DNA of 64,000 nucleotides, from the NCBI GenBank assembly GCA_041497975.1, contig JBGQHN010000001.1, forward strand, positions 3,888 to 67,887, read 5' to 3'. The DNA comes from Planctomycetia bacterium. GTDB lineage: Bacteria; Planctomycetota; Planctomycetia; Pirellulales; PALSA-1355. Of the stretch, positions 55,756 to 64,000 are shown in pieces (position 1 is the stretch's first letter; each line of letters opens with the position of its first letter). The translations under genes were made by a program, and so were the position numbers. Under the pieces are notes generated by a model. That model was not told the origin of the DNA. It saw nothing but the letters and a program-made list of their open reading frames with translations, and made no database searches.

Positions 55756-57057
55756 TCAAAAATTCAAAAAATACTCGGGGATGCTCACGATATATTTCAT
55801 GTTCAGCGTCCAACGCAGCACCATCTTCAGCGGCAGCGCCGCCATGAACAACAACAGGTTGGACATCAGCATGAACCGCAAAAATCCCATCTTGACGAAA
55901 TAGCTCCTGAAAATCGTGGTCGCCATCAAGGGCGGCAACAGCGCGAAATACGCGAACAACAGCGCGATGCCAAACCACTCGCGATACAAGATCATGCCGA
56001 TCTCGACGTACCACGGGCTGCCTGAGGCGGCTTTGGGCAGGGCCTGGCCCATCCACGCGATCCAGAAGTATTGCGACAGGTCGACGTTGTTGAGCGCCAG
56101 CACCTTGTGCGGATCCCAATACTCGAACGGCCCGAAGATATTCCAGTTCGGTCCGCGGAAAAACGTGCCCAGGATGATCAGCGTGATCCACATTTCCAGG
56201 AATCCGAACTGGAAAATCAAGTAGCTGAACTTCCGCTCTTCGATCGTGAAATAGCCGTTGCCCCTCTTGTTGAAATCCAAGAACGGAATGGCCATCAATC
56301 CGAAGATGATCAAGCTGGGCAGCAGCACGCCGGCCATCCAGGGATCGTAATAGACGAGCATTTCCTGCAGGCCCAGGAAGTACCAGGGGGCCTTCGAGGG
56401 ATTGGGCGTTTTCACGCTGCTGGCCGGTTCCTCCAAGGGGGCCTGCAGGCCGATTCCCCACACCAGTAGAAACGCGGTCAGGGCGATCATGCAAATCAGT
56501 TCCGTGTAGACCAGGTCCGGCCACACCAGAACTTTTTCGTTGTCCAGCTTTTCGGTGGGTGGCAAACCCTGCTTGGCCCGATTGTCGTTTTCCACGGCCT
56601 TGGCCGTGGCCAACCAGGTAAAGAATCCCAACAGGAACACCAGGCCGACGATGGGGACGTTGTCGGGCTTGGTGACGATCGCGGCAAAGTTTGGGTCAAC
56701 GATCGACATTCCCATGACGACCAGCGCCAGATTCAGCCCCACCCAGGCGACCATTGGCTGCACGAAGAAACGGCGCCCCAGGAAAAACACGGCCAACAGC
56801 GTGGTGGTGCCCACGCTGTAAACCACGGGGCCGGTGGCGCTGTTGACGGCTTCGCGCCACGATTGGGGCAATCCTGGCGGGCTGCCGCCAAACGCCGCCG
56901 ACGCGACCGCCACGAGAATGAACGAGACCGCAACCCACACAATCGCTTGAGCGACGTTGTGCTTCTTGTGCCAGAAGTAAAAGGCCAGCACGGCGTTCAT
57001 CGCCGCCAGGCACAAGTAATATCCGCCCAAAAATCCGGAAACGTCGGAACCGTGCAT
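55756..57057 (-). CDS. Cytochrome b C-terminal domain / subunit IV-like protein (enlarged, 433 aa)
   Basis: Core VWPDLVYTE...PNPSKAPWYFLGLQEMLVYY corresponds to the PEWY region of cytochrome b C-terminal/PetD. Extra hydrophobic helices are present both N- and C-terminal to this core. Confidence 0.85.
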   Translation of the reverse strand: MHGSDVSGFLGGYYLCLAAMNAVLAFYFWHKKHNVAQAIVWVAVSFILVAVASAAFGGSPPGLPQSWREAVNSATGPVVYSVGTTTLLAVFFLGRRFFVQPMVAWVGLNLALVVMGMSIVDPNFAAIVTKPDNVPIVGLVFLLGFFTWLATAKAVENDNRAKQGLPPTEKLDNEKVLVWPDLVYTELICMIALTAFLLVWGIGLQAPLEEPASSVKTPNPSKAPWYFLGLQEMLVYYDPWMAGVLLPSLIIFGLMAIPFLDFNKRGNGYFTIEERKFSYLIFQFGFLEMWITLIILGTFFRGPNWNIFGPFEYWDPHKVLALNNVDLSQYFWIAWMGQALPKAASGSPWYVEIGMILYREWFGIALLFAYFALLPPLMATTIFRSYFVKMGFLRFMLMSNLLLFMAALPLKMVLRWTLNMKYIVSIPEYFLNF

Positions 57058-57168
57058 ATTTTGTTCGCTTGTTGAGTCACGCGGACGTCAATGGCCGCCA
57101 CTCGTCACTTGTTTCCAACCATCAACTCATGCGCCTGCTCGAATCCGCGGTCGGGTAGGAACTGGTCT

Positions 57169-57942
57169 CTACAGGGGACCACTGATGCCGCCGTCCTTGC
57201 GGACGCGCCAAAAATGGATGGCCAGCAGCAACGACACGGCCAACGGAATCGCGATGCAATGCAGAATATAGAATCGATTGAGCGTTTCTTCGCCCACGAA
57301 GCGCGCGCCAAGCAGCGCAAAGCGCGCATCCGAGGCGTTGGTGATCATGTCAATTCCCTGGATATTGAGCAACTGTTGCCCGGGACCTTCGTGGCCCAAA
57401 ATCGGCGTGGCCCGCGCCATGTTCGAACCGACCGTGATGGCCCAGATCGCCAACTGGTCCCAAGGCAGCAGGTAGCCGGTGAACGACAACATCAGCGTCA
57501 TCAGCAGCAAAATCACGCCGATGACCCAATTGAATTCACGCGGCGGCTTGTAGCTGCCGGTCAAAAACACGCGGTACATATGCAACCACACCGTGATCAC
57601 CATCGCGTGCGCGCCCCAGCGATGCAATTCGCGCAAGATGCCCAGCGAAGTGACGTCTCGCAAGCTCAATATGTCGTTGTAGGCCCATTCGAGCGTGGGG
57701 CGGTAATAGAACATCAACAGCACGCCGGTCACCGTCTCGACCAGAAACAGAAAGAACGTGACGCCGCCCATGCACCACGTGTAGCTCAGCGCAATGCCCT
57801 GCTTCTTGATCGATACCGGGTGCAGATGCAAAAAGAAGTTGGTCAGCATCACCACAATGCGGTTGCGGCGATCCTGGGGCATGGGGTGCCGGAAGATGCT
57901 CTTCCACACCTGCGACTCGCGAATCATTTCGCCAATGGACAT
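57169..57942 (-). CDS. Cytochrome b6-like (cytochrome b N-terminal domain)
   Basis: [44 protein letters not shown]...WLHMYRVF and [14 protein letters not shown] are the four-helix haem b domain motifs. Confidence 0.9.
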   Translation of the reverse strand: MSIGEMIRESQVWKSIFRHPMPQDRRNRIVVMLTNFFLHLHPVSIKKQGIALSYTWCMGGVTFFLFLVETVTGVLLMFYYRPTLEWAYNDILSLRDVTSLGILRELHRWGAHAMVITVWLHMYRVFLTGSYKPPREFNWVIGVILLLMTLMLSFTGYLLPWDQLAIWAITVGSNMARATPILGHEGPGQQLLNIQGIDMITNASDARFALLGARFVGEETLNRFYILHCIAIPLAVSLLLAIHFWRVRKDGGISGPL

Positions 57943-58130
57943 CGTTTGCTACCGCGCTTTCGAAAAAAGAAAGAAGTCCAACTATCGAGGCGCACTCGCG
58001 CGCAGGTCCGAGCGACAAGGTGAAGACGGTTCGTGCTTACGAAGGCCGCCGGGCGCCCGGCGGCCGCAGGCGGACGCGTCCTGCGAAACGGCGCAGCATC
58101 TCACGCGACTAGGGCGGCACTCCCCCAGGC

Positions 58131-59204
58131 TCAGACCGCGACGTACGAAGCAGGGTCGCTCCACTGGCCGATTTCTTCCTGAAAAAGCTTGCTCTTGTCG
58201 ACTTCCAACTGGCCGTCGTCGGCGATGCGAATGGCATAACGCTCGAGCGGCCGCGGCGCAGGCCCCTCGAAATTGATGCCATCCTTGTAAAAACCGCTGC
58301 CGTGGCAGGGACATTTGAACTTCTGTTCGCCCTCCAGCCAATTGGGCGTGCAGCCCAAATGCGTGCAGACCGACCGCAACGCGTAAATCTCGGGCTTTCC
58401 GTTGTACTCGTAGTTGACCACCCATACGCCGTACTGCGGGATGAACTTGGTTTCCACTTGCCCAGGAGAAAAGTTGCTCGGGAACCCGACCTTGAACTTG
58501 CTCGGGGGTTCCGTCAGTACGTTGGGATACATGAAGCGGGCTGTCCCCAACGTCCACAGTCCCAGCGTCGTGGCCAACGACGTGAAGCCAATCCCCAAGA
58601 AGGAACCCAACATCATGTCGCCGATAAAACTGCGGCGGGTTTGTTCGACGACGGGCGCGGGCTTTGGCATGGCGTAGTCGGGCTTGACCGGCATTGGCGG
58701 AACGACAGCTTTCGCCTTCTCCGGCTTGGGCGCCGGTTTCACGTCGGGCGCCTTGAGTGCTGCTTCAGCCTTCGACATGGGACCCGGCTTGACCGCGCTG
58801 CGAGCTTCAGCCAGGATGCTGCCCGTATCTTTCGGAGCGGCGGGGGGCGCTTCTGCCGGCGCGGCTTCGGCGATTGCCGGTTTGGGTGATTCTTTTTTCA
58901 CCGGCGCGGCTGCTGCAGGCTTCGCGGCCGCTGGTTTGGATGGGACCGAGGCGCCTTCCTTTTTTTCAGCGCGAGCGGCTGCCAACATTTCAGCAACGCT
59001 CGGTCGCGCGCCACCCGAGAGCTTTGGCGCGGCGGGTTTCGCCACGGCGGCTGGCGCCTCGGCGGGCGAAAGCGCCGATGCACCATCGATGGCCGGTGTT
59101 TCGGCTGGTGGTGCCGCCGCGCCTGCCTCCGGGGACTTACTCGCGTCGGCCTTGCGTGCCGCGGCCAAGATCTCGGCCACGGACATCTTCTTCTTGTCCG
59201 CCAT
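58131..59204 (-). CDS. Rieske iron-sulfur subunit of a cytochrome bc-type complex, with long N-terminal extension
   Basis: CTHLGCTPNW...CPCHGSGF Rieske boxes. TAT-like TRRSFIGDMMLGSFLGIGF lies ~190 aa from ATG 59204 and is preceded by an Ala/Pro/Lys-rich region. TTG 59225 is an alternative start. Confidence 0.9.
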   Translation of the reverse strand: MADKKKMSVAEILAAARKADASKSPEAGAAAPPAETPAIDGASALSPAEAPAAVAKPAAPKLSGGARPSVAEMLAAARAEKKEGASVPSKPAAAKPAAAAPVKKESPKPAIAEAAPAEAPPAAPKDTGSILAEARSAVKPGPMSKAEAALKAPDVKPAPKPEKAKAVVPPMPVKPDYAMPKPAPVVEQTRRSFIGDMMLGSFLGIGFTSLATTLGLWTLGTARFMYPNVLTEPPSKFKVGFPSNFSPGQVETKFIPQYGVWVVNYEYNGKPEIYALRSVCTHLGCTPNWLEGEQKFKCPCHGSGFYKDGINFEGPAPRPLERYAIRIADDGQLEVDKSKLFQEEIGQWSDPASYVAV

Positions 59205-59366
59205 GCCCAGTACCCTCAGGCCCAAGCGATCATTTGCATCGCCACCAACCGCAAAGTGGACGCAAACGATCCAGCCAGCCTTAAATCCAAGCTACAGACA
59301 ACCCCCGAACCGCCTTCCAGCACTGTCCGCGGCAGGGATTGTGACATTTTTAACGATCTATTTCAA

Positions 59367-59396
59367 GTTGTAACGCACATTCCCTACGGTTGTCAA
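59367..59396 (-). promoter_or_regulatory. Candidate sigma70-type promoter for the respiratory gene run
   Basis: The minus strand reads TTGACA (59396-59391), an 18-nt spacer, then TACAAC (59372-59367). This is ~160 nt upstream of the Rieske ATG, in the most AT-rich spacer of the window. It is a pattern match only. Confidence 0.2.
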
Positions 59397-59703
59397 CCCA
59401 CCCTTTTTCGCCCAAACCTGGGCAAGCTAAAGCATCCGACGCGCAAACGCGACGCGACAAAAGGGAAGGCAAGAATCTGAGCTCGGCCGGCAGCACTAGC
59501 CAACCAGACTTCGTCAATGCATCTTGCAAGAGAACAAGCCTCCCTGCCTGACGACTGCATCACCGCCGAGCCATGCAATCACCTGCTAATATCATAGCAA
59601 GACTACCTCACTAATCCGCAAGCCCTCCTTGGCCTCGGCCGTGACTTTTTCTGCGAAACGCCAGCCTCCGTTAGACCCGCGGCAAATTGCCCGCGAAGGG
59701 CAG

Positions 59704-60780
59704 ATGGTCGATTGGCCGGCGCTGGAAGGTCTCGTGCACCGCGATCCGGGCGGCCGAGGGCTGGCGAGTTTTCGGGCCGCGGGGTCATCGCTCGACGTGG
59801 GACAATTGCGCGCGGCCGCGGACCACTTGGCGCTGCATGCCACGAGTGTCGGCATTGTCACCGGTTTTTGCGCGGTTGCCGGCAATCACGTGGCCGCCGA
59901 AACCGATGGCCCGCCGGGCGCCCTGTTCTTGGCGCGAGCACTGACAGCACTGGGGATTGACGTTTCATTGATCACCGACAGTTACGCATTGCCGCTGTTG
60001 AAGGTCGGTTGCGAACTGTGGAACTTGAGTCCGACGATCCTGGTCGAGTTTCCGTCCGAGGAGGGGTCGCCGAACTCGACGGTCCGCGCGCGCAATGACC
60101 GGCTGGCGGACGTACGAACTGAGTCCTGGGTCGACGAGTTCCTGGCCACCGGTCGGGGACAACACTTGAGCCATTTGATTGCCATCGAACGAGCCGGCCC
60201 CAGCCACACGCTTGAGTCGATCGCCGCACAGCCGCGCAGCGGGCCGGCCCCCAGCGAACGATTCGCGACCGAAGTCCCCGCGGCCCACCGCGACGTCTGC
60301 CACAGCATGCGCGGCGACTCGATCAACGGCTACACGGCCAAGACGCATCGACTGTTTGAATGTGTTGGCGAGCGGAAAATGCCAATCACCACGATTGGTA
60401 TCGGCGATGGCGGCAACGAAATCGGCATGGGTGTTTTTGCTTGGGAGCTGATCGTCGAGGCGATCGGCCGCGGTCCTGCTAGTCGCATCGCCTGCCGCAT
60501 CGCGACCGATTTCACGTTGCTTGCGGGAGTCAGCAATTGGGCAGCCTATGCCTTGGCTTTGGCCACTGTGCGGTTGCGCGAGGCCAATAATCTCGGTCGC
60601 GGCTGGGATGCGCGCCAGGAGCGCGCGTTGATCGAGGCGATCGTGCGGCAAACCGAGGCTGTCGACGGCGTTACCCTGCGGCACGAGCCAACCGTCGACG
60701 GGCTCGAACTGGACGTCTGCCTCGCGCCATTGGTCGAAATGCGGAAGCTATTGCGCTACGGTGAACAGCCGGAACATTGA
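59704..60780 (+). CDS. DUF4392 (D-glutamate cyclase-like) domain protein
   Basis: ATG 59704. Carries VGIVTGFCAV...ETDGPPGALFLARAL, HLIAIERAGPSH, GIGDGGNEIGMG and LLAGVSNWAAYAL, which match the DUF4392 pattern. Confidence 0.8.
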   Translation: MVDWPALEGLVHRDPGGRGLASFRAAGSSLDVGQLRAAADHLALHATSVGIVTGFCAVAGNHVAAETDGPPGALFLARALTALGIDVSLITDSYALPLLKVGCELWNLSPTILVEFPSEEGSPNSTVRARNDRLADVRTESWVDEFLATGRGQHLSHLIAIERAGPSHTLESIAAQPRSGPAPSERFATEVPAAHRDVCHSMRGDSINGYTAKTHRLFECVGERKMPITTIGIGDGGNEIGMGVFAWELIVEAIGRGPASRIACRIATDFTLLAGVSNWAAYALALATVRLREANNLGRGWDARQERALIEAIVRQTEAVDGVTLRHEPTVDGLELDVCLAPLVEMRKLLRYGEQPEH

Positions 60781-60899
60781 GCCCGGCGGATCTTGTGGGC
60801 GGCCATTTGAGATATGATGGCTGGTGGAGAGCGCGAGTTCGATGGACGAGAACCGGCGCTGGGGCCGGCGATGCACGACACGCCGTTGGTGTTGGAGTC

Positions 60900-62522
60900 A
60901 TGTATCTTTTCGAAAACCCGGTGTTGCAACGCGAGCTGCTGGTTAACCTGCGGATGACGCGGGCATTTGTCTTGCTGCTGTTGTACCTGGGCCTATTGGC
61001 AATTGTCGTGTTTCTGGCCTGGCCGCAAGAGCGGCACCTTGATCTGACCACCAACCCGGAAGCCGCGCGGCGTCTGGTGAACTTGGTGTTTTTGGGGCAG
61101 TACTTATTGGCGTCGATGATGGCCCCCAGTTTCGCGGCCGGCACGATCACGGGTGAAAAAGAGCGCAAGAGCTACGAAATGTTGTTGGCCAGTCCGTTGC
61201 GGCCTGGCGCGATCGTGCTGGGCAAGCTGCTGGCTTCGCTGTGCCATTTGCTGCTGTTGGTGTTTGCTTCGCTGCCGATCGTGATGTTGTGCCTTCCGTT
61301 GGGCGGCGTATCGATTTACGAGGCCTTGGCCGCGTACTTGGGGCTGATCCTGTCGGTCATCACGTTCGGAATGATCAGCCTGGCAACCAGCAGCTACTTC
61401 CGCCGCACGTCGGCCTCGCTGGTCGTGGCATACCTGGTGATTCTCCCTTTGGCGCTCGTGGCCGTCGCCTGCTGGATCGGCCTCGAGAATCAAGGTCGAC
61501 TCCGCCTGGCCCTGACGCTTTCGGTGTTTCCGGCCATTTGCGGATTGATTTGTATTACGCTGTTCCGCGATACGACCGCACGGCTGTTGCATCCGCCCGA
61601 CGTGGGCAGCGAGGGCAAGGAGGTCGTCGACTTGGACGTCGAAGCCAGCGAGGCGATGGGCCTGGTGATCCAAAGCGATCAGTTTCCCGACAGGCTGTTC
61701 GCCCCCAGCAAACGCAACGATCTACTGGCCGACGGGGCCAATCCGGTGTTCGACAAGGAAATGCGCAGCGAAATCTTCAGCCAGGGCACGTTGATGCTGC
61801 GGGTCGTGATCCAGGTCAGTATGTTGCTGGCCATTCCCCTGATGGCGTTTTTGCTGTACGCGTTTCCCGACTTGTCGCCCTGGTACATTTCGTACGTGAT
61901 TTTGTTCAATATGCTCGTTGGCCCGGTATTTTCCGCCGGCAGCGTAACGAGCGAACGCGAGCGCGAGACGTTGGATTTGCTGCTCACCACCACGCTCTCG
62001 CCCGGCCAGATCCTGTGGCCCAAGCTGCTTTCCGGACTGCGGGTTTCCAGCGTGCTCACGATGTTCTTGTTGTGGCCGCTGCTCTTGGCCGTGGTGATGG
62101 TCAATACGTACTGGAGCAATCTCTTGAGCGTCTTGGGCTTTTTGGCAGTCGTGCTCACCGTCTGCGTCACGACAGCCACGATTGCTCTGTTTTGTTCCGT
62201 GATGTTTCGCAAGACTTCGATCAGTTTGATGACGACGTATTTGCTGATCGTGGTCTTGTTCACGTTTCCATTGGCGGTCACCTTTTTTTCGGGCACGTTT
62301 TTTGCCGATTCGCCCGTGACCTCATTGATCCGGCAGGCCAGCTTCACCAGCCCGTTTGCGACCGTGTTCAACCTGCCCATCGATATGATGATGTCTCGCT
62401 CGACGAGCGTGGGGCCCGACTGGTGGTTTTTTGCGTCATTCATCACGTTCTATGCTGGCTTCGACGGCGCGCTGATGGCCACCATGGCATGGCTGTTCAA
62501 TGTCCGCTGGCGCATGGAATGA
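60900..62522 (+). CDS. ABC-2 family transporter permease (duplicated, ~12 TM), no adjacent ATPase
   Basis: ATG 60900. MYLFENPVLQRELLVNLRM..., then GTITGEKERKSYEMLLASPL and a second copy GSVTSERERETLDLLLTTTL, i.e. two ABC-2 permease halves fused. Confidence 0.75.
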   Translation: MYLFENPVLQRELLVNLRMTRAFVLLLLYLGLLAIVVFLAWPQERHLDLTTNPEAARRLVNLVFLGQYLLASMMAPSFAAGTITGEKERKSYEMLLASPLRPGAIVLGKLLASLCHLLLLVFASLPIVMLCLPLGGVSIYEALAAYLGLILSVITFGMISLATSSYFRRTSASLVVAYLVILPLALVAVACWIGLENQGRLRLALTLSVFPAICGLICITLFRDTTARLLHPPDVGSEGKEVVDLDVEASEAMGLVIQSDQFPDRLFAPSKRNDLLADGANPVFDKEMRSEIFSQGTLMLRVVIQVSMLLAIPLMAFLLYAFPDLSPWYISYVILFNMLVGPVFSAGSVTSERERETLDLLLTTTLSPGQILWPKLLSGLRVSSVLTMFLLWPLLLAVVMVNTYWSNLLSVLGFLAVVLTVCVTTATIALFCSVMFRKTSISLMTTYLLIVVLFTFPLAVTFFSGTFFADSPVTSLIRQASFTSPFATVFNLPIDMMMSRSTSVGPDWWFFASFITFYAGFDGALMATMAWLFNVRWRME

Positions 62523-62562
62523 GGACGGCCCTTGGGCCGCCCCGTGCGTCGCAGCCCGCGAC

Positions 62563-63453
62563 TTACCCCCGCTCGTTGTCGTCCCGGCAGATGCGATTGC
62601 CTCCGCCGCGCTTCGCCTCGCGCAGGGCTCGTTCCGCGCCGGCAAACATATCCGCCGCCAGCTTATAAGCCCGGCCGGCCGCGAATCCGATGCTGGCGGT
62701 CAACGGAACTGTCCCGGCGAGGATTCGCTGGGCGGCGACCGCCTCGCGCAGCCGGTCCAAAACGCCGCGAACATGTGCTTCTCCGATGTCCTCCAGCAGG
62801 ACTCCAAATTCGTCGCCGCCGAGACGAGCAATCAGATCCTCGCGCCTCAGTTGCTCCGCCAGCGCCCGCGCAGAGCTTTGCAGCACCTGGTCGCCGGTCG
62901 CATAATCGGCCCGATCGTTGACTTGTTTGAAATGATCCAGGTCGACGATGGCCAGCCACAGTGGCTGCCGCGTCGCGCGTGCCAAGGCAAATCTGCTGGA
63001 CAATTGTCGGTCCCAAGCTCGGCGGTTGGCCAAACCGGTCAACGGATCGGTCTCGGCCAAGAGTATGATCTGCTGCTGCCTTACCGCGATCTCGTCGTGG
63101 CCGATCGAAAGCCGCACGATTTGGCCGACGAGCCCGCACGTCAGACACAATTCACGGCTGGTCCAGTCCGGTCCCAGGGTCACGTCGGCCCAAGCCGCGG
63201 CTCCCATGCCCACCACGGCCGGTCTCGCGCCGGAGTTCGAAGCTTGTCGATCGCCGATGTGCAGCCCGCTCGCGCGCGCCGCTTCGTCGGTGGGAAGGTC
63301 GGTTAACAGGACTTCGATATGTGCGTCGTTGGGTACCGCGGCGGCTGATTGCCACACAGTCGCGCCGCTTGCCTGTAGTATTTCGGCCCAGCGTCCGGCA
63401 GCCTGAGCGTCCTGCGCCAAAATGAGAACTTTGGGCGGCTGAGAGGGGAGCAT
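62563..63453 (-). CDS. GGDEF diguanylate cyclase with receiver-like N-terminal domain
   Basis: DPLTGLANRRAW, DLDHFKQVND and RLGGDEFGVLL (intact GGDEF). The N-terminal ~120 aa (KVLILAQDAQ...IEVLLTDLP) is REC-like but lacks the usual DD pair. Confidence 0.85.
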   Translation of the reverse strand: MLPSQPPKVLILAQDAQAAGRWAEILQASGATVWQSAAAVPNDAHIEVLLTDLPTDEAARASGLHIGDRQASNSGARPAVVGMGAAAWADVTLGPDWTSRELCLTCGLVGQIVRLSIGHDEIAVRQQQIILLAETDPLTGLANRRAWDRQLSSRFALARATRQPLWLAIVDLDHFKQVNDRADYATGDQVLQSSARALAEQLRREDLIARLGGDEFGVLLEDIGEAHVRGVLDRLREAVAAQRILAGTVPLTASIGFAAGRAYKLAADMFAGAERALREAKRGGGNRICRDDNERG

Positions 63454-63530
63454 CGCTCGATTATATCAGGCAACGGAAAGATTCGTCGTCGTCGTGAACG
63501 CCGAAAAACCGCGAACAACGCTCAATTGCT

Positions 63531-63559
63531 TTGCAGGCGCGCGCGCGGCGCGTTAGAAT
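63531..63559 (+). promoter_or_regulatory. Candidate sigma70-type promoter upstream of pyrB
   Basis: TTGCAG (63531-63536), a 17-nt GC-rich spacer, then TAGAAT (63554-63559). This is ~125 nt upstream of the pyrB ATG. It is a pattern match only. Confidence 0.25.
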
Positions 63560-63685
63560 CTGAAGCGAGCGCAGTGGGCGATGATTTCAGGTGCAACTTT
63601 GAAGATGGCCGCGGGGTGCGAATAGGACCGCTGCCTGGCTTGGAAGCTAGTGCTGCGCGCAGTTTGGCACGAGGAAGGTTCGACT

Positions 63686-64000
63686 ATGAGTACCGATGTG
63701 ATGGATATCGGCGCGGTGCCGGCGGCATGGACCCGGCGTCATCTGTTGGATGTCGAAAGCCTCACGGCCGAAGAGATCAACGCTATTTTGGACAGCGCCG
63801 TGACATTCAAGGAAGCCACGGCCAACTGCGCGCAAAAAATTCCAATTCTCGCGGGGCGCACGTGCGCCAATTTGTTCTTTGAGCCGTCCACCCGCACGCG
63901 AACCAGTTTTTCGCTGGCGGGCCGGAGGTTGGGAGCCGACACGATTGATTTTTCATCGTCGGGCAGCAGCTTGTCGAAGGGCGAAACGTTCATCGATACG
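63686..64000 (+). CDS. pyrB: Aspartate carbamoyltransferase catalytic subunit, 5' fragment (continues beyond window)
   Basis: My own translation from ATG 63686 is [36 protein letters not shown]...[26 protein letters not shown]. It contains the carbamoyl-phosphate-binding STRTR motif and is open to the window end. It is not in the ORF track because no stop is present. Confidence 0.9.
   Translation, partial: MSTDVMDIGAVPAAWTRRHLLDVESLTAEEINAILDSAVTFKEATANCAQKIPILAGRTCANLFFEPSTRTRTSFSLAGRRLGADTIDFSSSGSSLSKGETFIDT

Noticed and set aside
58638-59204. GC-rich, repetitive-looking DNA (gcggc/gccgc-rich), considered as a tandem repeat or array
   Set aside because: It is in frame with and continuous with the Rieske gene and encodes an Ala/Pro/Lys-rich extension. 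There are no unit-length DNA repeats or spacer structure. It is reported as a protein-level observation instead.
1-64000. Whole-window scan for CRISPR arrays, rRNA/tRNA genes, transposases, integrases, phage or toxin-antitoxin modules
   Set aside because: I found no spaced direct repeats, no conserved rRNA/tRNA sequence blocks in any spacer, and no DDE/tyrosine-recombinase-like or phage-like translations. Absence is based on reading by eye and should be confirmed with tRNAscan-SE, Infernal and ISEScan.

Overview
GC-rich, very gene-dense window with about 55 protein-coding genes and short intergenic spacers. I recognised no rRNA, tRNA, CRISPR array, transposase, integrase or phage gene. All family calls come from reading motifs in the supplied translations by eye; no HMM or BLAST search was possible.

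The gene content suggests a Planctomycetota (Pirellulales-like) chromosome, but this is inference only. It rests on a split cytochrome b with a giant multihaem cytochrome c, a MoxR/DUF58/BatA cluster, many large exported TPR/PQQ/vWA proteins, and a TAT-signal Gfo/Idh/MocA oxidoreductase.

Layout:
- 1-9.3 kb: mixed housekeeping genes (Fe-ADH, oxidoreductase, NUDIX, DUF488, DASS transporter, YjbQ, DUF1499), plus a divergent diadenylate-cyclase-like protein paired with a small SHOCT-like protein.
- 9.3-15.9 kb: a translationally coupled minus-strand operon of TPR/HExxH protein, MazG-like protein, 766-aa membrane protein and ABC ATPase.
- 16-21 kb: HAD hydrolase, small Rieske protein, MBL hydrolase, pgi and apgM.
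- 21-37 kb: an extended Bat-like envelope cluster (MoxR, DUF58, BatA, vWA, a 1216-aa coiled-coil protein, a secreted protein, a TAT-signal prenyltransferase-repeat protein, an NPCBM protein), preceded by a PQQ/TPR beta-propeller protein.
- 38-59 kb: a roughly 21-kb run of 19 co-directional respiratory genes. It reads Rieske, split cytochrome b, 1471-aa octahaem cytochrome c, two cupredoxins, a dihaem c, aa3-type oxidase subunits II/I, haem A/O synthases, subunits III/IV, then ABC transporter, SCO, DUF420 and a CxxC peptide.
- 59.7-64 kb: DUF4392, an orphan ABC-2 permease, a GGDEF protein and the 5' part of pyrB.

A roughly 115-bp hairpin-forming repeat occurs twice, each time abutting the 3' end of a minus-strand gene.

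The best candidates for poorly described biology are the extended Bat-like cluster, the octahaem/cupredoxin link between the bc complex and the oxidase, the TPR-MazG-ABC operon, the DAC-like gene pair and the repeat element. Many long ORFs in the supplied track are antisense or out-of-frame artefacts of the high GC content and were not called.
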